A DNA stretch of 64,000 nucleotides. It comes from Obrimoposthia wandeli (Eukaryota). Position numbers and translations under genes: made by a program. Below, piece by piece: positions 48,819-60,746 of this stretch (position 1 is its first letter; every line of letters starts with the position of its first letter). The notes below the pieces were generated by a model. It had not been told where the DNA came from. It searched no databases and saw only the letters and a list, made by a program, of their open reading frames with translations. The stretch is from positions 124,001-188,000 of the forward strand of contig CDROCS010001688.1 of the NCBI GenBank assembly GCA_977020255.1, read 5' to 3'.

Positions 48819-49688
48819 TTAAAAACTCGGGTAATCAACGGGCCGGGTTATACGTTGAATATCTAATATTGATATCTCACCCTGCCACCGACTTTTGATT
48901 AAACCTACGCTTAACCAGTAGCGTCCATCCGGTACATCAATTTTAGGTAATACAGTTGGAAGTTTACCGTCGATTTCTTCAGTCCAAAGTGGCGTCCACG
49001 TCGTATCGTTTAAATCATATAAGTTAATCGATAATATACGCGACGGACATGAGGGGTTAGGTAAGCCTTCCTGCTCAATTCGCCAGTTTTTACTGTCTCT
49101 CCAACCGAGACTTTGTTTTATTGCGGGCTCCGATAAAACGACCCAGCTAATCCAATCTTTTTTGCCATTGGCTTTAACGGTTAGTTTATAAGCCCCTGCA
49201 CTGAGAGGCTTATCGAGACGACGAGCTTCTACTGAAAAGTACCCTCCTTCTTGAATAGCAGGTGTACTTACAATAACGTCATCTTCTGGCCATTTAGTGA
49301 AGGTTATTGCTGAAATTTTAGTTCGCGTTAAACCAACAATCGATAATTTCAATATCACCTGATTGAGGTTTTGAATAACTTCTCGCTGAATAGACAGTTT
49401 CGATAACCAACTAGGCAATGCTTTCTGCTCAAGGCTGTGCCCACAATCTTCAGTGATTGCAAATTCAAGCAATTCATTAAGATTAGCTTGTTGCTCTGTA
49501 TTCGGTGCTTGTTGCCAAGCTTGAATCATCGAATCAAAACCAGCCGATGTATTCCCTTCTAATATCCTTTGATGAGAAGTGGTATACAGATTTTGCCCAT
49601 TAAACCACTGCGCCATTACACTCGGCGTGTATAACACCGAGTGTAATAACAAGATGGAAGACGTTATCGAAAGCTTCTTCATAATCAC
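48819..49688 (-). CDS. vxrC: VxrC-like (DUF2861) exported protein
   Basis: Signal peptide; third gene after the sensor kinase and response regulator next to pntAB. Confidence 0.75.
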   Translation of the reverse strand: MIMKKLSITSSILLLHSVLYTPSVMAQWFNGQNLYTTSHQRILEGNTSAGFDSMIQAWQQAPNTEQQANLNELLEFAITEDCGHSLEQKALPSWLSKLSIQREVIQNLNQVILKLSIVGLTRTKISAITFTKWPEDDVIVSTPAIQEGGYFSVEARRLDKPLSAGAYKLTVKANGKKDWISWVVLSEPAIKQSLGWRDSKNWRIEQEGLPNPSCPSRILSINLYDLNDTTWTPLWTEEIDGKLPTVLPKIDVPDGRYWLSVGLIKSRWQGEISILDIQRITRPVDYPSF

Positions 49689-49717
49689 TAAGATCTTATT
49701 ATAACTGATACATCAGA

Positions 49718-50377
49718 TTACGATTTCATCCGGTAACCAACACCACGAAGCGTTTCAATCTCTATACCTATCAATTTCTGACGTAGCTGTAAAATATGCG
49801 TATCTACAGTACGTGTCGTCGGGTAATGATTGTAGCCCCAGACTTGATCTAATAGTTCATCACGGGTAAAAACACGCCCTGCATTTTTGGCTAGAAAAAC
49901 CAATAATTCAAACTCGGTACGCGTTAACGTGACAATGTCACCACCATGGTTAACCTCTCGGGTTTCCATATTAATTGATATTTGACCAACAGTTATGATG
50001 TTAGCAGCCAAATTATCATCTTTACCATTTCTAAGATGTAATCGAATACGAGCAAGAAGCTCTTCTTCAGCAAACGGTTTTGTTAGGTAATCTTTCGCAC
50101 CTGAATCTAAGCCAATCACTTTATCGGTAACTGACACCATGGCAGTTAATAAGATAACAGGCACATGTTTAATCGATAGCCAGCCGCTTAAAAAGTCTAA
50201 TGAATCACCTTCTGGTAATTGTCTGTCTAATACAACAAGATCTGCATCAGGCCATAAATCGGCAACTTTAGTTGCACAATCAGCATATAAACACGTATAG
50301 CCAGCTTGCTTTAAGCTTTCGAGTAAACCATCAGCAAGGTTGCGGTCATCTTCAACCAAGAGCAGAGTTTGATTCAC
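49718..50377 (-). CDS. vxrB: OmpR-family response regulator VxrB (WigR)
   Basis: LLVEDD, VLDRQLP, KPF, winged helix; GTG start after GGAGAT; synteny with pntAB. Confidence 0.85.
   Translation of the reverse strand: MNQTLLLVEDDRNLADGLLESLKQAGYTCLYADCATKVADLWPDADLVVLDRQLPEGDSLDFLSGWLSIKHVPVILLTAMVSVTDKVIGLDSGAKDYLTKPFAEEELLARIRLHLRNGKDDNLAANIITVGQISINMETREVNHGGDIVTLTRTEFELLVFLAKNAGRVFTRDELLDQVWGYNHYPTTRTVDTHILQLRQKLIGIEIETLRGVGYRMKS
49929..49941. other. matS site
   Basis: GTGACAATGTCAC is an exact consensus match. Confidence 0.8.
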
Positions 50378-51794
50378 ACGGTATCTCCAAAATAAACGTT
50401 GTAGGTGGACCTTCAAGTTTGAGGCTTCCACCCATTCTACGTATCATCGATTCAACGATTGTAAGCCCAAGCCCAAGCCCTTTTTCACTGACAAAAGGCT
50501 TTCTTAATCTAGCCCAATCTTTAGGACCTAATAGCCCATTATCTTGAACTCTTACAATCAACTTTCCATTTTTGAATGATGACGTTAATGTAATTGGCGC
50601 GTTGCCATATTTCTGGGCATTCGACAATAAATTGTCAATACATGTACCCAGCCAATAAATATTCAGTTTTACGCTCTTATCTTCTGATAAGAGCAGTTTT
50701 ACGTCATAAGGTTCACTTATATGTTCAAGCCATTCATTAAATGAATCGACCTGCTGAACACTTAACTGTTGCTGATTGGCTTGAAGATAGTCTTTACTTG
50801 CCTCGGCAAGCTGACGTAAACGTCTAGAATCGTCAGTCAATCGTCTAAATTCATCATAAAGCGATTCAGGTAATGCATCAAAATTTCGACGAAAGCCTTC
50901 AACTGTCATAGCTAAACTTGCAATAGGAGTGCGAAGTTCATGCGTCAAAATCTGTAGTACCAGCATTCTTTCTTGCATAGCTCTACGGCGGATACGCCAG
51001 CGGTACACAATCCAGCCCATCAATAAGCTTACGTTAGCAACCAACAGACTAATTAACAAATAAAAGGTTAAATAGGACTTATCATCTTCTTGCCAACAAA
51101 TGTTACCACTCTTGGCTAAGCAAAAATCAGTATTACTTAACCGCTTAAAATGTATGTCGTAACGGTTTAACACTACCGACCAAGCCGGTTGATCATAAAT
51201 ATGGTATTCATTTCCACTACGAACCCATAGTTCACCGTTTGAAATAAAAGAATCAGCACCTGAATTAAAGACCTTTATCTCTTCATTATTCATTCGTTGT
51301 AAACGCCCTAACACAGAGTTTGTGGGTGCCAATGGACGTTCTTGTATATGTAGATAATTGGCTAAAACAGTACTATCTTCAGGGTGCTTCTCTATATAAC
51401 GGTAAGCATAGCTACCACCACCGGGATGAATATATCCTGATCGCGAAAACCACCCTCTAGGTAAAGCCGTGTTATTACAAAGCGCTCGGATAAAAACAAC
51501 GGGCTGAGTAACTAAAGGGCTTACAGGCCATGGACCTTTACACGTCTGTGCGTTCTTATACAGACGTTTCATTGATAATAAAGGGTACTTCGCAGACTGC
51601 GGTAGTAAATTCGACAATAAAATTAACGGTGTCGGGTACTGACTCTGCAACTGCCTAAAATCGTACGTTGCTAGAGGATCACTTTTAAGTAAATCTGAAC
51701 GCACAGCATTCAAACGTTCAGGTAAAGTTTGCACATCTGCAAAACTAAAACCAGAGAATATGAGTGAGACTAACAATACATACTTTTTCATCAT
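50352..51794 (-). CDS. vxrA: Sensor histidine kinase VxrA (WigK)
   Basis: Cys-containing periplasmic domain, TM, H-box LTHELRTP, NLLSNA, KGLGLGL; next to pntB as in V. cholerae. Confidence 0.88.
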   Translation of the reverse strand: MMKKYVLLVSLIFSGFSFADVQTLPERLNAVRSDLLKSDPLATYDFRQLQSQYPTPLILLSNLLPQSAKYPLLSMKRLYKNAQTCKGPWPVSPLVTQPVVFIRALCNNTALPRGWFSRSGYIHPGGGSYAYRYIEKHPEDSTVLANYLHIQERPLAPTNSVLGRLQRMNNEEIKVFNSGADSFISNGELWVRSGNEYHIYDQPAWSVVLNRYDIHFKRLSNTDFCLAKSGNICWQEDDKSYLTFYLLISLLVANVSLLMGWIVYRWRIRRRAMQERMLVLQILTHELRTPIASLAMTVEGFRRNFDALPESLYDEFRRLTDDSRRLRQLAEASKDYLQANQQQLSVQQVDSFNEWLEHISEPYDVKLLLSEDKSVKLNIYWLGTCIDNLLSNAQKYGNAPITLTSSFKNGKLIVRVQDNGLLGPKDWARLRKPFVSEKGLGLGLTIVESMIRRMGGSLKLEGPPTTFILEIPCESNSALG

Positions 51795-52029
51795 TAAAGC
51801 TTATCACTCAAAATAGTTATAATGTCATAATTTTGTCAATACTTTAAAGCGGTTAGGTTTTAATCTATATACGTTCATTGGCAATTACATTTTAGCATCA
51901 CGTTACGCATTCCCAGCTTGAATGTAAACAATCTAGTATAACAACAGACTCATGGGCGTTAGTCTCCATTTTCAATAGATAAAAAAAGGGAGCCAAAGCT
52001 CCCTTTTTATTTGCTAACGATTAGCGGTG

Positions 52030-53406
52030 TTAGAGAAATTTAGAAATATTATCTACACTTTCTTTTGCATCGCCAAACAGCATCTGTGTGTTCTCTTTAA
52101 AGAACAATGGGTTTTGAACACCCGCGTAACCTGGATTCATTGAACGCTTAAACACAATAACATGCTTCGCATTCCACACTTCTAATACTGGCATACCTGC
52201 GATAGGACTATTTGGATCGTCCATTGCAGAAGGGTTAACCGTATCATTCGCGCCAATAACAAGTACTACATCTGTTTTAGACAAGTCATCATTGATTTCG
52301 TCCATTTCTAGTACGATATCGTAAGGTACTTTAGCTTCTGCAAGCAGTACGTTCATGTGGCCAGGTAGACGGCCCGCAACTGGGTGAATACCAAAACGGA
52401 CATCAATACCTTTGGCACGCAGCTTACTTGTAATTTCGTGAACAGGGTATTGTGCTTGAGCAACAGCCATACCGTATCCAGGAGTGATCACAACAGACGT
52501 TGCATCGCTCAACATTTCAGCCACTTCTTCTGCTGATGTTTCGCGGTGTTCACCTTGCTCTTCATCAGAACTAGAAGCAACAACGTTAGTACCGAAGCCG
52601 CCTGCAATTACACTAATGAAAGAACGGTTCATCGCCTTACACATAATGTAAGAAAGAATAGCACCAGAAGAACCAACCAATGCGCCCGTTACGATAAGAA
52701 GATCGTTCGATAGCATGAAACCAGCTGCTGCCGCTGCCCAACCTGAGTAAGAGTTAAGCATTGAAACAACAACAGGCATATCTGCACCACCAATTGAAGC
52801 AACTAGGTGATAACCGAACGCAAATGCAATCAAAGTAACAACAACAAGCGCAAACGTAGAACCTTCAACGTTAACGAAGTGAAGCATTAGAAGGAATGAA
52901 ATAACAATCGCGGCTAAGTTCAGCTTATGGCGATGAGGAAGCAGTAATGACTTAGAGTCAATAATTCCACGCAATTTACCGAAAGCAACAATTGAACCTG
53001 TAAAGGTTACAGCACCAATGAACACACCTAAGAATACTTCCACAAGGTGGATATTCAGTAGCGCACCCGTTAGTTCACCGTGATCAATATACGTATTGAA
53101 ACCAACAAGAACTGCCGCTAGACCTACGAAGCTATGAAGAATAGCAACCAGTTCTGGCATTTCTGTCATTTCAACTTTCTTAGCAAGACGGATACCAATC
53201 GAACCACCGATAACCATCGCAAGAAGGATCCAGCCTGTACCTTGAGCGTCAGGACCAAAGATTGTCGCTATAAGCGCAATACCCATACCCGCGATGCCGT
53301 AATAGTTACCTGCTCGCGCTGTTTCTTGCTTAGAAAGCCCAGCAAGAGACATGATAAATAGTACCGCAGCAACTAGATATGCCGCTTGTACGATTCCTGC
53401 AGACAT
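52030..53406 (-). CDS. pntB: NAD(P) transhydrogenase beta subunit
   Basis: [45 protein letters not shown]. Confidence 0.98.
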   Translation of the reverse strand: MSAGIVQAAYLVAAVLFIMSLAGLSKQETARAGNYYGIAGMGIALIATIFGPDAQGTGWILLAMVIGGSIGIRLAKKVEMTEMPELVAILHSFVGLAAVLVGFNTYIDHGELTGALLNIHLVEVFLGVFIGAVTFTGSIVAFGKLRGIIDSKSLLLPHRHKLNLAAIVISFLLMLHFVNVEGSTFALVVVTLIAFAFGYHLVASIGGADMPVVVSMLNSYSGWAAAAAGFMLSNDLLIVTGALVGSSGAILSYIMCKAMNRSFISVIAGGFGTNVVASSSDEEQGEHRETSAEEVAEMLSDATSVVITPGYGMAVAQAQYPVHEITSKLRAKGIDVRFGIHPVAGRLPGHMNVLLAEAKVPYDIVLEMDEINDDLSKTDVVLVIGANDTVNPSAMDDPNSPIAGMPVLEVWNAKHVIVFKRSMNPGYAGVQNPLFFKENTQMLFGDAKESVDNISKFL

Positions 53407-53416
53407 GTGTTACTCC

Positions 53417-54973
53417 TTATTTATCTTTACGGAACATTTCAAGCATCCGCTTGGTAACTGTAAAGCCACCAAATATGTTGATACTTGCAATAAGAACGGC
53501 AATGAATGCCAAGACAGTAACCAAACTGCTACCCTGACTTACCTGCAACACAGCACCTACAATGATGATGCCTGAAATTGCATTAGTCACTGACATAAGA
53601 GGAGTGTGAAGCGCATGAGATACGTTCCATACCACGTAGTAACCTACAACACATGCCAGTACGAATACCGTTAGGTGTGCAAGGAATTCTGCAGGAGCGT
53701 AATTTGCAACCCAACCAAATGCAGCAATACCAGCAGCCATTAAACCGTATTTTTTAACCGGTGACATTGGTACTTTTTCAACGACAACTTTGGGTTTTAC
53801 TTCAGCAGCTGGTTGTTGAGGAGCGGCAGATACTTTGATTGGTGGCGCAGGCCAAGTGATTTCACCTTCTCTAATAACAGTTAGACCACGTAACACTTCA
53901 TCATCAAAATCGATGTTGATGTTACCGTCTTTCTCTTTACAAAGAAGTTTTAGAAGGTTAACAAGGTTTGTACCGTATAGCTGAGATGATTGAGTCGGAA
54001 GACGACCTACCATATCGGTATAACCAATCACTTTTACGCCATTTGGCGTAGTAATAACTTTGTTGGCTTCAGTATAAGCACAGTTACCACCGTTAGCCGC
54101 CGCTAAATCGACAATCACACTGCCCGACTTCATTGAATCAACCATTTCTTTGGTGATCAATTTCGGTGCTGGGCGACCTGGAATGAGTGCTGTCGTAATA
54201 ATGATATCAACATCTTTTGCTTGCTCTGCGTATAAACGCTCGGCTGCTTTGTTGAAGTCATCTGACATTTCTTTAGCGTAACCATCACCAGTGCTTGTAT
54301 CTTCTTTGAAATCAACTTCAAGGAAGTTTGCACCCATACTTTCAACTTGTTCCTTAACTTCAGGACGTACATCGAAAGAACGAACAATTGCACCAAGGCT
54401 ACCAGCAGCACCGATTGCAGCAAGACCAGCTACACCAGCACCTGCCACCAACACTTTTGCAGGTGGCACTTTACCAGCAGCAGTAATCTGCCCGGTAAAG
54501 AAACGACCAAATTCATGGGCAGCTTCAATAACAGCACGGTAACCCGCAATGTTAGCCATTGAACTGAGTGCATCCAACGCTTGAGCGCGTGAAATGCGCG
54601 GCACTGAGTCCATAGCCATTACATTGATGTTTTTCGTTGATAACTTATCTAGCAACTCTTTATTTTGAGCAGGCCAAATAAAGCAGGCAATACTTGCGCC
54701 TTCTTTGATCAAATCAAATTCATCAACACCAGTTTCATCATTAACCTGAGGTGCATTAACTTTCAGAATAAGATCTGATTGCCATACATCTTCAGTTGAA
54801 ACGATAGTCGCACCTGCGGCTTCAAAAGCGGCATTGTCGAAACTAGCAAGAACGCCAGCATTTTGCTCGATAGCAACGCTGAACCCCATTTTTAACAACT
54901 GCTCAACCGTTTTAGGCGTAGCAGCAACTCGCGTTTCATTCGCGAATATCTCTTTAGGCACACCAATCTGCAT
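53417..54973 (-). CDS. pntA: NAD(P) transhydrogenase alpha subunit
   Basis: [43 protein letters not shown]. Confidence 0.98.
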   Translation of the reverse strand: MQIGVPKEIFANETRVAATPKTVEQLLKMGFSVAIEQNAGVLASFDNAAFEAAGATIVSTEDVWQSDLILKVNAPQVNDETGVDEFDLIKEGASIACFIWPAQNKELLDKLSTKNINVMAMDSVPRISRAQALDALSSMANIAGYRAVIEAAHEFGRFFTGQITAAGKVPPAKVLVAGAGVAGLAAIGAAGSLGAIVRSFDVRPEVKEQVESMGANFLEVDFKEDTSTGDGYAKEMSDDFNKAAERLYAEQAKDVDIIITTALIPGRPAPKLITKEMVDSMKSGSVIVDLAAANGGNCAYTEANKVITTPNGVKVIGYTDMVGRLPTQSSQLYGTNLVNLLKLLCKEKDGNINIDFDDEVLRGLTVIREGEITWPAPPIKVSAAPQQPAAEVKPKVVVEKVPMSPVKKYGLMAAGIAAFGWVANYAPAEFLAHLTVFVLACVVGYYVVWNVSHALHTPLMSVTNAISGIIIVGAVLQVSQGSSLVTVLAFIAVLIASINIFGGFTVTKRMLEMFRKDK

Positions 54974-55448
54974 TATTATTCCCTGAACATTGGCATAGAA
55001 GTAATAGTCTTGTATCCAACCTGCAAAGTAATTTCAAGCACTTTGTAGGATTAATACAAAAAAAACCAACAAAAACGTCGTAATTAACAACGAATGTTAC
55101 CTTCTAACGGAAAGAAAAGAACGTTTTTAACATCTGGACAGAGGTCAAACCACGTTAATAATCAACAATGTATGCAACAAAATCGCACAAATGCCCATTA
55201 ATAATGCAATCAACCTCTTTTTTGCCCAAAAATCACACTTATTGCAACCGAACTATTTGTTTAAAACAAATTAGATAATAAGGTTAAGTTCATAAAATAA
55301 GAACAACTTAACCTAACAAATTTCTTTAGAGTATTCACTCAAACGAATGTTTAAATTATATTTTTTATAATAAAAGTATCGATAGCCATGTAATATGACT
55401 TCGTTCACAATTTAAGCACTTAAATTGGTGATGGATAGGTAAATGGTT

Positions 55449-55730
55449 TTAACGACCAAACATGCCTTCACCATTTTGCTTTATAAACATTTTCGCTTTA
55501 TTGAGCATAAAAGTTTCAGCATCTTGACGCGAACCCAGTAAATCAGAACGAATAAAGGTATGTGTTTTCACGTCACCATCGATCTCTTTACAAATTCTAC
55601 CCGCTATACGAAATTGACCACCTTCAGAAATAGGTTCTGGGTAAATCAAATAACCTTCATATTCGACGGGTTCGACTTCCATTGTTTTCTGTTCTTTATC
55701 AAGACCAAATAGTTTTGAAAAAAAGCCCAC
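55449..55730 (-). CDS. HlyU-family (PF10115-type) small protein
   Basis: GFFSKLFG..EPVEYEG..I...P..EGGQFRIAG.I.K. Confidence 0.8.
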   Translation of the reverse strand: MGFFSKLFGLDKEQKTMEVEPVEYEGYLIYPEPISEGGQFRIAGRICKEIDGDVKTHTFIRSDLLGSRQDAETFMLNKAKMFIKQNGEGMFGR

Positions 55731-56009
55731 TTGATATATCTCCATTCATACCTAACTTGATAATCTCGTTGCGAGATATAGCAAGTTGATACGTCAGCTA
55801 AACTTAGCTTACACATTCAAGTTATCATGCCATATTATTGCAACAAATAATTAAAGCTATATTAAATAATGGGAAAAAAATAGTATTAAAATGTTGCCGA
55901 CAAGAAAAGAAACCTTAAACTTAACAACTAAGAGTGAAATATTTAACACGCATAAAAAAACACCAGCGAATGCTGGTGTTTTAAAGGAATTCTTTATTTT
56001 TCGTATCGA

Positions 56010-56201
56010 TTAACGGTACATACCGATATCTTTTTGAAGGTGTACCGGTAAATCAGATACATTGTATTGCTTTGGTGTTGTTGAACCACCGAATAAGATG
56101 TCTACTGCGTGTGCAATCAATCCTTTGATATTAACCGCATAGGCTCTCTTGTCCAAAGCGCCGGGAATTGCAATGGTGTCGAAATTAATAGCCTGTGCCA
56201 T
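56010..56201 (-). CDS. Small protein with a DUF1127-like C-terminus
   Basis: GAGG RBS; SDLPVHLQKDIGM motif; terminator at 55955-55983. Confidence 0.6.
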   Translation of the reverse strand: MAQAINFDTIAIPGALDKRAYAVNIKGLIAHAVDILFGGSTTPKQYNVSDLPVHLQKDIGMYR

Positions 56202-56479
56202 GATTGCCTCTTTATTTTAGTTTGTTGTTTATTGCTTAACTGAGGTAATAATAACCGCTTATTTTTCACTCTAATAATGACAATATCTCTATTGCAAGAT
56301 TAGATTTTCTAATGTGTTAACGACATTTTAAATCCATTACTGTAACGTGAAATAATTTTTCACTCACAATGCTTAACTACCCACTTTTAAACGTTAAATT
56401 AGCTTAAACAGCATAAATTTGTGTTTGCCATATATTTGTAGTAACAATGGGGTAACAATTAAAATATAAAGATTTTTTT

Positions 56480-57421
56480 ATGCTCAATTTTATATCTAAA
56501 CATTCTCCTATCTTTTTAATGCTGGCAGCGACTTTAGGCTTTGCTATACCGTCTGCTTCTGCTCTGATTTTCCCTTTTTTACCCTACATCCTTTTCTTTC
56601 TTATGCTTTTTACATTAATAGGCATGAAACAAAACGAACTGATCAAAATGCTCGGTCAGTTAGACATATGGCTTTATGCTAGTTTTCATGCTGTTGGGCT
56701 TTCTGTATTGGCCTGCTCGATTGCTGGGTTATTCGGTGCGTCGCCATCATTGTTACTCGCCATTTCAGCAGTAACAGCAACAGGTTCTTTATTTGCGACA
56801 CCTGCTATTGCACGCTCGGTTGGGCTTGATGTGTTAAAAGCGATGGCTATGACTATCGCTTCAACCTTACTAATGCCTGCGGTGTTATATGTGAATCTAT
56901 TATTATTTCAAGATAATAACGTCTCACTTGATATGCAAAGCTATATACAACGCCTCATGATTTTCATTGCGGGCCCTATGCTAATTTCAGCTATGTGCCA
57001 TCGATTTATTCCCAAAGACCTCCTACATAGAGCGCACACCAAACTCTCTCAGGTCACCATTGTTTTAGTCTTAACCTTTCCATTTGGCTTAGTCGGTGAA
57101 TTTAGAGTAATTTTCGATCAATCCATTATGCAGGGTTTAACCTACCTGCTGATTGGTGTTGCACTATGTGCCCTCTTTTTCCTTATTGGCTTTCTGTTCT
57201 ATCGCCACAAGGGATTAGACGATTCATTGCTTTCAGCCATTACTGCAGCTAATCGAAACGTTCTTCTTACTTATACTGTTGCGGGGGCATATTTAGGCCC
57301 TGAATATATGGCGCTAATGGGCGCTATCCAACTGCCTACTTATTCATTACCTTTAATAGTAAAGGCACTTTCTAAATACCTTTCAGCACCATTAACGCAA
57401 AGCGTTAAAACACCGAAATAA
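56480..57421 (+). CDS. Bile acid:sodium symporter-like membrane transporter
   Basis: About 10 TM; ATPAIARSVGLD, TAANRNVLL. Confidence 0.7.
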   Translation: MLNFISKHSPIFLMLAATLGFAIPSASALIFPFLPYILFFLMLFTLIGMKQNELIKMLGQLDIWLYASFHAVGLSVLACSIAGLFGASPSLLLAISAVTATGSLFATPAIARSVGLDVLKAMAMTIASTLLMPAVLYVNLLLFQDNNVSLDMQSYIQRLMIFIAGPMLISAMCHRFIPKDLLHRAHTKLSQVTIVLVLTFPFGLVGEFRVIFDQSIMQGLTYLLIGVALCALFFLIGFLFYRHKGLDDSLLSAITAANRNVLLTYTVAGAYLGPEYMALMGAIQLPTYSLPLIVKALSKYLSAPLTQSVKTPK

Positions 57422-57522
57422 ATAGCTTATAAAATCATCAATAAACCTCTGAGTTCAAACTTATGCCTATTACGGATAGCTTTTACTTGCCTCTCTAGTG
57501 TGTTTTTCCTAATATGTGTTTG

Positions 57523-57701
57523 AATTCTCAGGGCGGGGCGCAACTCCCCACCGGCGGTAATTCAGAGCACTCAATAGTGAGTTACCTGAAAAGCCCGCGA
57601 GCGCTTATCTTTTTTATAATGATAAGGTCAGCAGATCTGGTGTAATACTTCCTGTAAGTATGAGTCCAGAGCCGACGGTTATAGTCCGGATGAAAGAGGA
57701 T
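57523..57701 (+). ncRNA. FMN riboswitch (RFN element)
   Basis: TCTCAGGGCGGGGCGCAACTCCCCACCGGCGGTAA..AAGCCCGCGAGCGC..GCAGATCTGGTG..CCAGAGCCGACGGTTATAGTCCGGATGAAAGAGGA upstream of ribB. Confidence 0.95.
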
Positions 57702-57848
57702 CAGTGGAGGCAATACGTTGCCTCGAGCAAATTTGTATCTATAGGCTTAAATTGGGTCTATAGCTATAGTCGTTCTTCCGATCTTATCGGAATGCTGCCT
57801 TTCTATGCCCTGATTCTGGTAAATTTTTTTAAATTTGGAGTTATTACC

Positions 57849-58532
57849 ATGAATCAGTCTCTACTTACCCCTTACGGTACGGCTTTTGAACGCGTTGAAG
57901 CTGGTCTTACAGCTATTCGTGAAGGTCGCGGTGTGCTTGTTGTTGACGATGAAGATCGTGAAAACGAAGGCGATATCATTTTTGCTGCAGAAACATTAAC
58001 GTCAGAACAAATGGCGCTTATGATTCGTGAATGTTCAGGTATTGTTTGCCTTTGCTTAACTGACGAACGTGTTAAGCAATTGGAACTACCTATGATGGTA
58101 GAAAACAATACTAGCGCAAATGAGACAGGCTTTACCGTTACTATTGAAGCGGCGCAAGGCGTAACAACTGGCGTTTCTGCTGCTGACCGTGTTACTACGA
58201 TCAAAACAGCGATTGCCGACGGTGCAGTACCAGCAGATCTTAATCACCCTGGTCATGTATTCCCTCTTAAAGCTAACGCTGATGGTGTACTTGGTCGTCG
58301 TGGTCATACTGAAGCGACTATCGATCTAATGCGTTTATCTGGTCTAAAGCCATACGGCGTGCTTTGTGAATTAACGAATATCGACGGTACTATGGCGCGT
58401 TTGCCTGAAGTTATCGTGTTTGGTAAGAAGTTTAATATGCCAGTATTAACCATTGAAGATCTTGCGGCATACCGGTTAGCAAAAGAAAGTAATACAGCAG
58501 TAAACACAGCAGAAGAAATGGCTGTTGTTTAA
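57849..58532 (+). CDS. ribB: 3,4-dihydroxy-2-butanone 4-phosphate synthase
   Basis: [32 protein letters not shown]; GGAG RBS before ATG 57849. Confidence 0.97.
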   Translation: MNQSLLTPYGTAFERVEAGLTAIREGRGVLVVDDEDRENEGDIIFAAETLTSEQMALMIRECSGIVCLCLTDERVKQLELPMMVENNTSANETGFTVTIEAAQGVTTGVSAADRVTTIKTAIADGAVPADLNHPGHVFPLKANADGVLGRRGHTEATIDLMRLSGLKPYGVLCELTNIDGTMARLPEVIVFGKKFNMPVLTIEDLAAYRLAKESNTAVNTAEEMAVV

Positions 58533-58679
58533 ACTACTATAAGTTGATATTTACGACCATAATTTGATATTGCCTCTTCATAAAAGATATATTGTAAGCT
58601 TACAATATAGAGTGAAAGGGGCAATATTATTAACAAACTACTCCCCCTCCTCTGAAGTTCTAAAGCGCTTGAGCGTGCA

Positions 58680-59720
58680 TTATTCAACCCTACACAAAGC
58701 TTCTGCTTTTCTATACTCGCTTGGTGTCATATTTGTTACCCGAGAAAACTCTCGATTAAAATTTGATTTAGTCTGAAACCCTGAATTCATAAACACTTGT
58801 GTAATGGTGTTATCAGTATGGGTCAGTTCCTGTTTCGCATGCTCAATTCGATACTCATTAATCAGTTTCGATATGTTCTTCCGATGAACCAAATTCACCG
58901 CAATTGAAATCTGTTTAGCAGGAATACCCAGTTTCCGAGATAGCTTTGAAAGGGTTAAATCTGGGTCTAAATAGATAGCCTTATCTCGAATTTTCTTATC
59001 CAACATCTCTACAATTTCTTGAGCTCGTTCTTCAGTGACTAAAGGGATTAGCACTTTTTGCTCTTCTAGATCGCTTTGTTTTGGTGTTGCTTCAACTGAA
59101 GGCGTGTTGACCCCCACTATCACCACCGCAAGCGATAATACTGGCAGCAGCACCAAATGTCCGACAGTCAAAATGTATTCGGAAAATCGACCTTGATTGA
59201 CAGTAAAATCTAATGACAGAAACGTATCGATTAATGCCGAAAATAATAACATCCAGCCTGCAATATTCTCCGCTCTTTTTACACCTTCCCAATTACTTAA
59301 CGTAACGTTAATTAGCAGCGTATCTTGAGATGAGTACCGCACCAAAGCCATGCCGTAAAATAAATAAGTACCAGTAAGAAAAATATCTAAAGGTAACCCC
59401 AAAAGCGGTTGAGTCACGACACTCACAATAACCAAAGCTGGCCCTAAGAGATGCTTATAATAAATGGATTTTAAGCCTGTGCTTGCGCTGCTAAAAGCAT
59501 ACCAAGCAAAAACAGGGATAACAGAAGCTAATATTGGTTGAGCATAACTAAAGGCAGCCACATTAAACGTCCACCTTAACCCTACCATTGTTGTCGTGGA
59601 TGCACACAAGGCTAAAAAAAGGCAAACCGTCTTCGCTTGATTGCCAAATCGCATGTACAGAGTCACTGCCAGCAAAGTTAGCAGCATAGAGACAACAAAC
59701 GGAACGGGAATCGCCAACAT
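58680..59720 (-). CDS. Membrane-anchored AraC-family regulator
   Basis: About 7 N-terminal TM; YLDPDLTLSKLSRKLG, SGFQTKSNFNREFSRVTNMTPSEYR. Confidence 0.88.
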   Translation of the reverse strand: MLAIPVPFVVSMLLTLLAVTLYMRFGNQAKTVCLFLALCASTTTMVGLRWTFNVAAFSYAQPILASVIPVFAWYAFSSASTGLKSIYYKHLLGPALVIVSVVTQPLLGLPLDIFLTGTYLFYGMALVRYSSQDTLLINVTLSNWEGVKRAENIAGWMLLFSALIDTFLSLDFTVNQGRFSEYILTVGHLVLLPVLSLAVVIVGVNTPSVEATPKQSDLEEQKVLIPLVTEERAQEIVEMLDKKIRDKAIYLDPDLTLSKLSRKLGIPAKQISIAVNLVHRKNISKLINEYRIEHAKQELTHTDNTITQVFMNSGFQTKSNFNREFSRVTNMTPSEYRKAEALCRVE

Positions 59721-59908
59721 AAATAGTCCTGATAAAGAAAAGTAGGTTCAACAATAACTTAGCAACAGCATATCCGTTTGCATCCGTACAAAAAAGCATT
59801 CCGCTGACAAATACTGGTTTCAGTACATCCTAAAACAGGTTTAAGGACGTTTTTAGATCAAATCTACACCAAGATAACCTCACTAATCGACATAGGAAGG
59901 ATGGACTA

Positions 59909-60259
59909 ATGGTATTTAGCTTAATGGCGTTTTATCTGAATGCGTGGAGACGCTACTTTGATTTCTCGGGATACTCGTCCAGGCAAGAGTTCTGGATGTT
60001 TATGTTAGCTCATTTATGTGTGACGTTGTTATTTATAGCGGCAGACATCTGGCTGAAAAATTCAGGCTGGTTGGATGTTTCTTATAGCATCGTTAGCTTG
60101 ATTCCTATGTTGGCGATCATACTTCGCCGTTTACACGACATCGGCCGTTCCGGTTGGTGGAGTTGGGTGTTTATTATCCCTGCTATCGGCCCTTTCTGGC
60201 TGATCTACTTGTTAAGCCAAAAAAGTACTTCAGCTTGTAGTAATGAGAGGATTTCATGA
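59909..60259 (+). CDS. DUF805 family membrane protein
   Basis: YFDFSGYSSRQEFW, RRLHDIGRSGWW. Confidence 0.9.
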   Translation: MVFSLMAFYLNAWRRYFDFSGYSSRQEFWMFMLAHLCVTLLFIAADIWLKNSGWLDVSYSIVSLIPMLAIILRRLHDIGRSGWWSWVFIIPAIGPFWLIYLLSQKSTSACSNERIS

Positions 60260-60741
60260 TGAGATTATTTATCACTTTTCTCGCCTTAATGAGTGCATTC
60301 GCTATTGCTCAGACAACCAAAGCAGAGAGCTTACCAGAAGGAACTATGGGGATATTAACCGTTAAGAGTATGACAGAAGGACAACTATTTTGGCTTAAAG
60401 GTCGGGTGGGACAAGGTAAATATACCAGTGTCGATGAGCAACGTCGTCACTGCTCGATTGAAGTACCAATAGCGATTGGCGGTTTTTCTAAAACTCAGTT
60501 GGGAATTCATACAGTACAAGGGCTAACGATTGCTATCACTAATCGAGAGCTAAGTGATTCGCTTATGAGTGGTCAACGAATCAACAGTGATGACTGGGTG
60601 TTTCGAGCCGCAATAGAAAATCATCCTTCTGATGGATATATCATTAGCGGCATAGAGCCTACTGAACAGTTTATATTAAACTCGCGAAGGCGTTGGGTGT
60701 CTTGGTTGCTAGATGATACACCTAGGCCAATCTGTCTGTAG
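60256..60741 (+). CDS. Hypothetical exported protein
   Basis: Signal peptide; overlaps the DUF805 gene stop (ATGA). Confidence 0.65.
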   Translation: MMRLFITFLALMSAFAIAQTTKAESLPEGTMGILTVKSMTEGQLFWLKGRVGQGKYTSVDEQRRHCSIEVPIAIGGFSKTQLGIHTVQGLTIAITNRELSDSLMSGQRINSDDWVFRAAIENHPSDGYIISGIEPTEQFILNSRRRWVSWLLDDTPRPICL

Positions 60742-60746
60742 GTATC

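Noticed and set aside
57660-57848. N-terminal extension of RibB in the ORF track
   Set aside because: It overlaps the FMN riboswitch and expression platform; the real start is ATG 57849 with a GGAG RBS.
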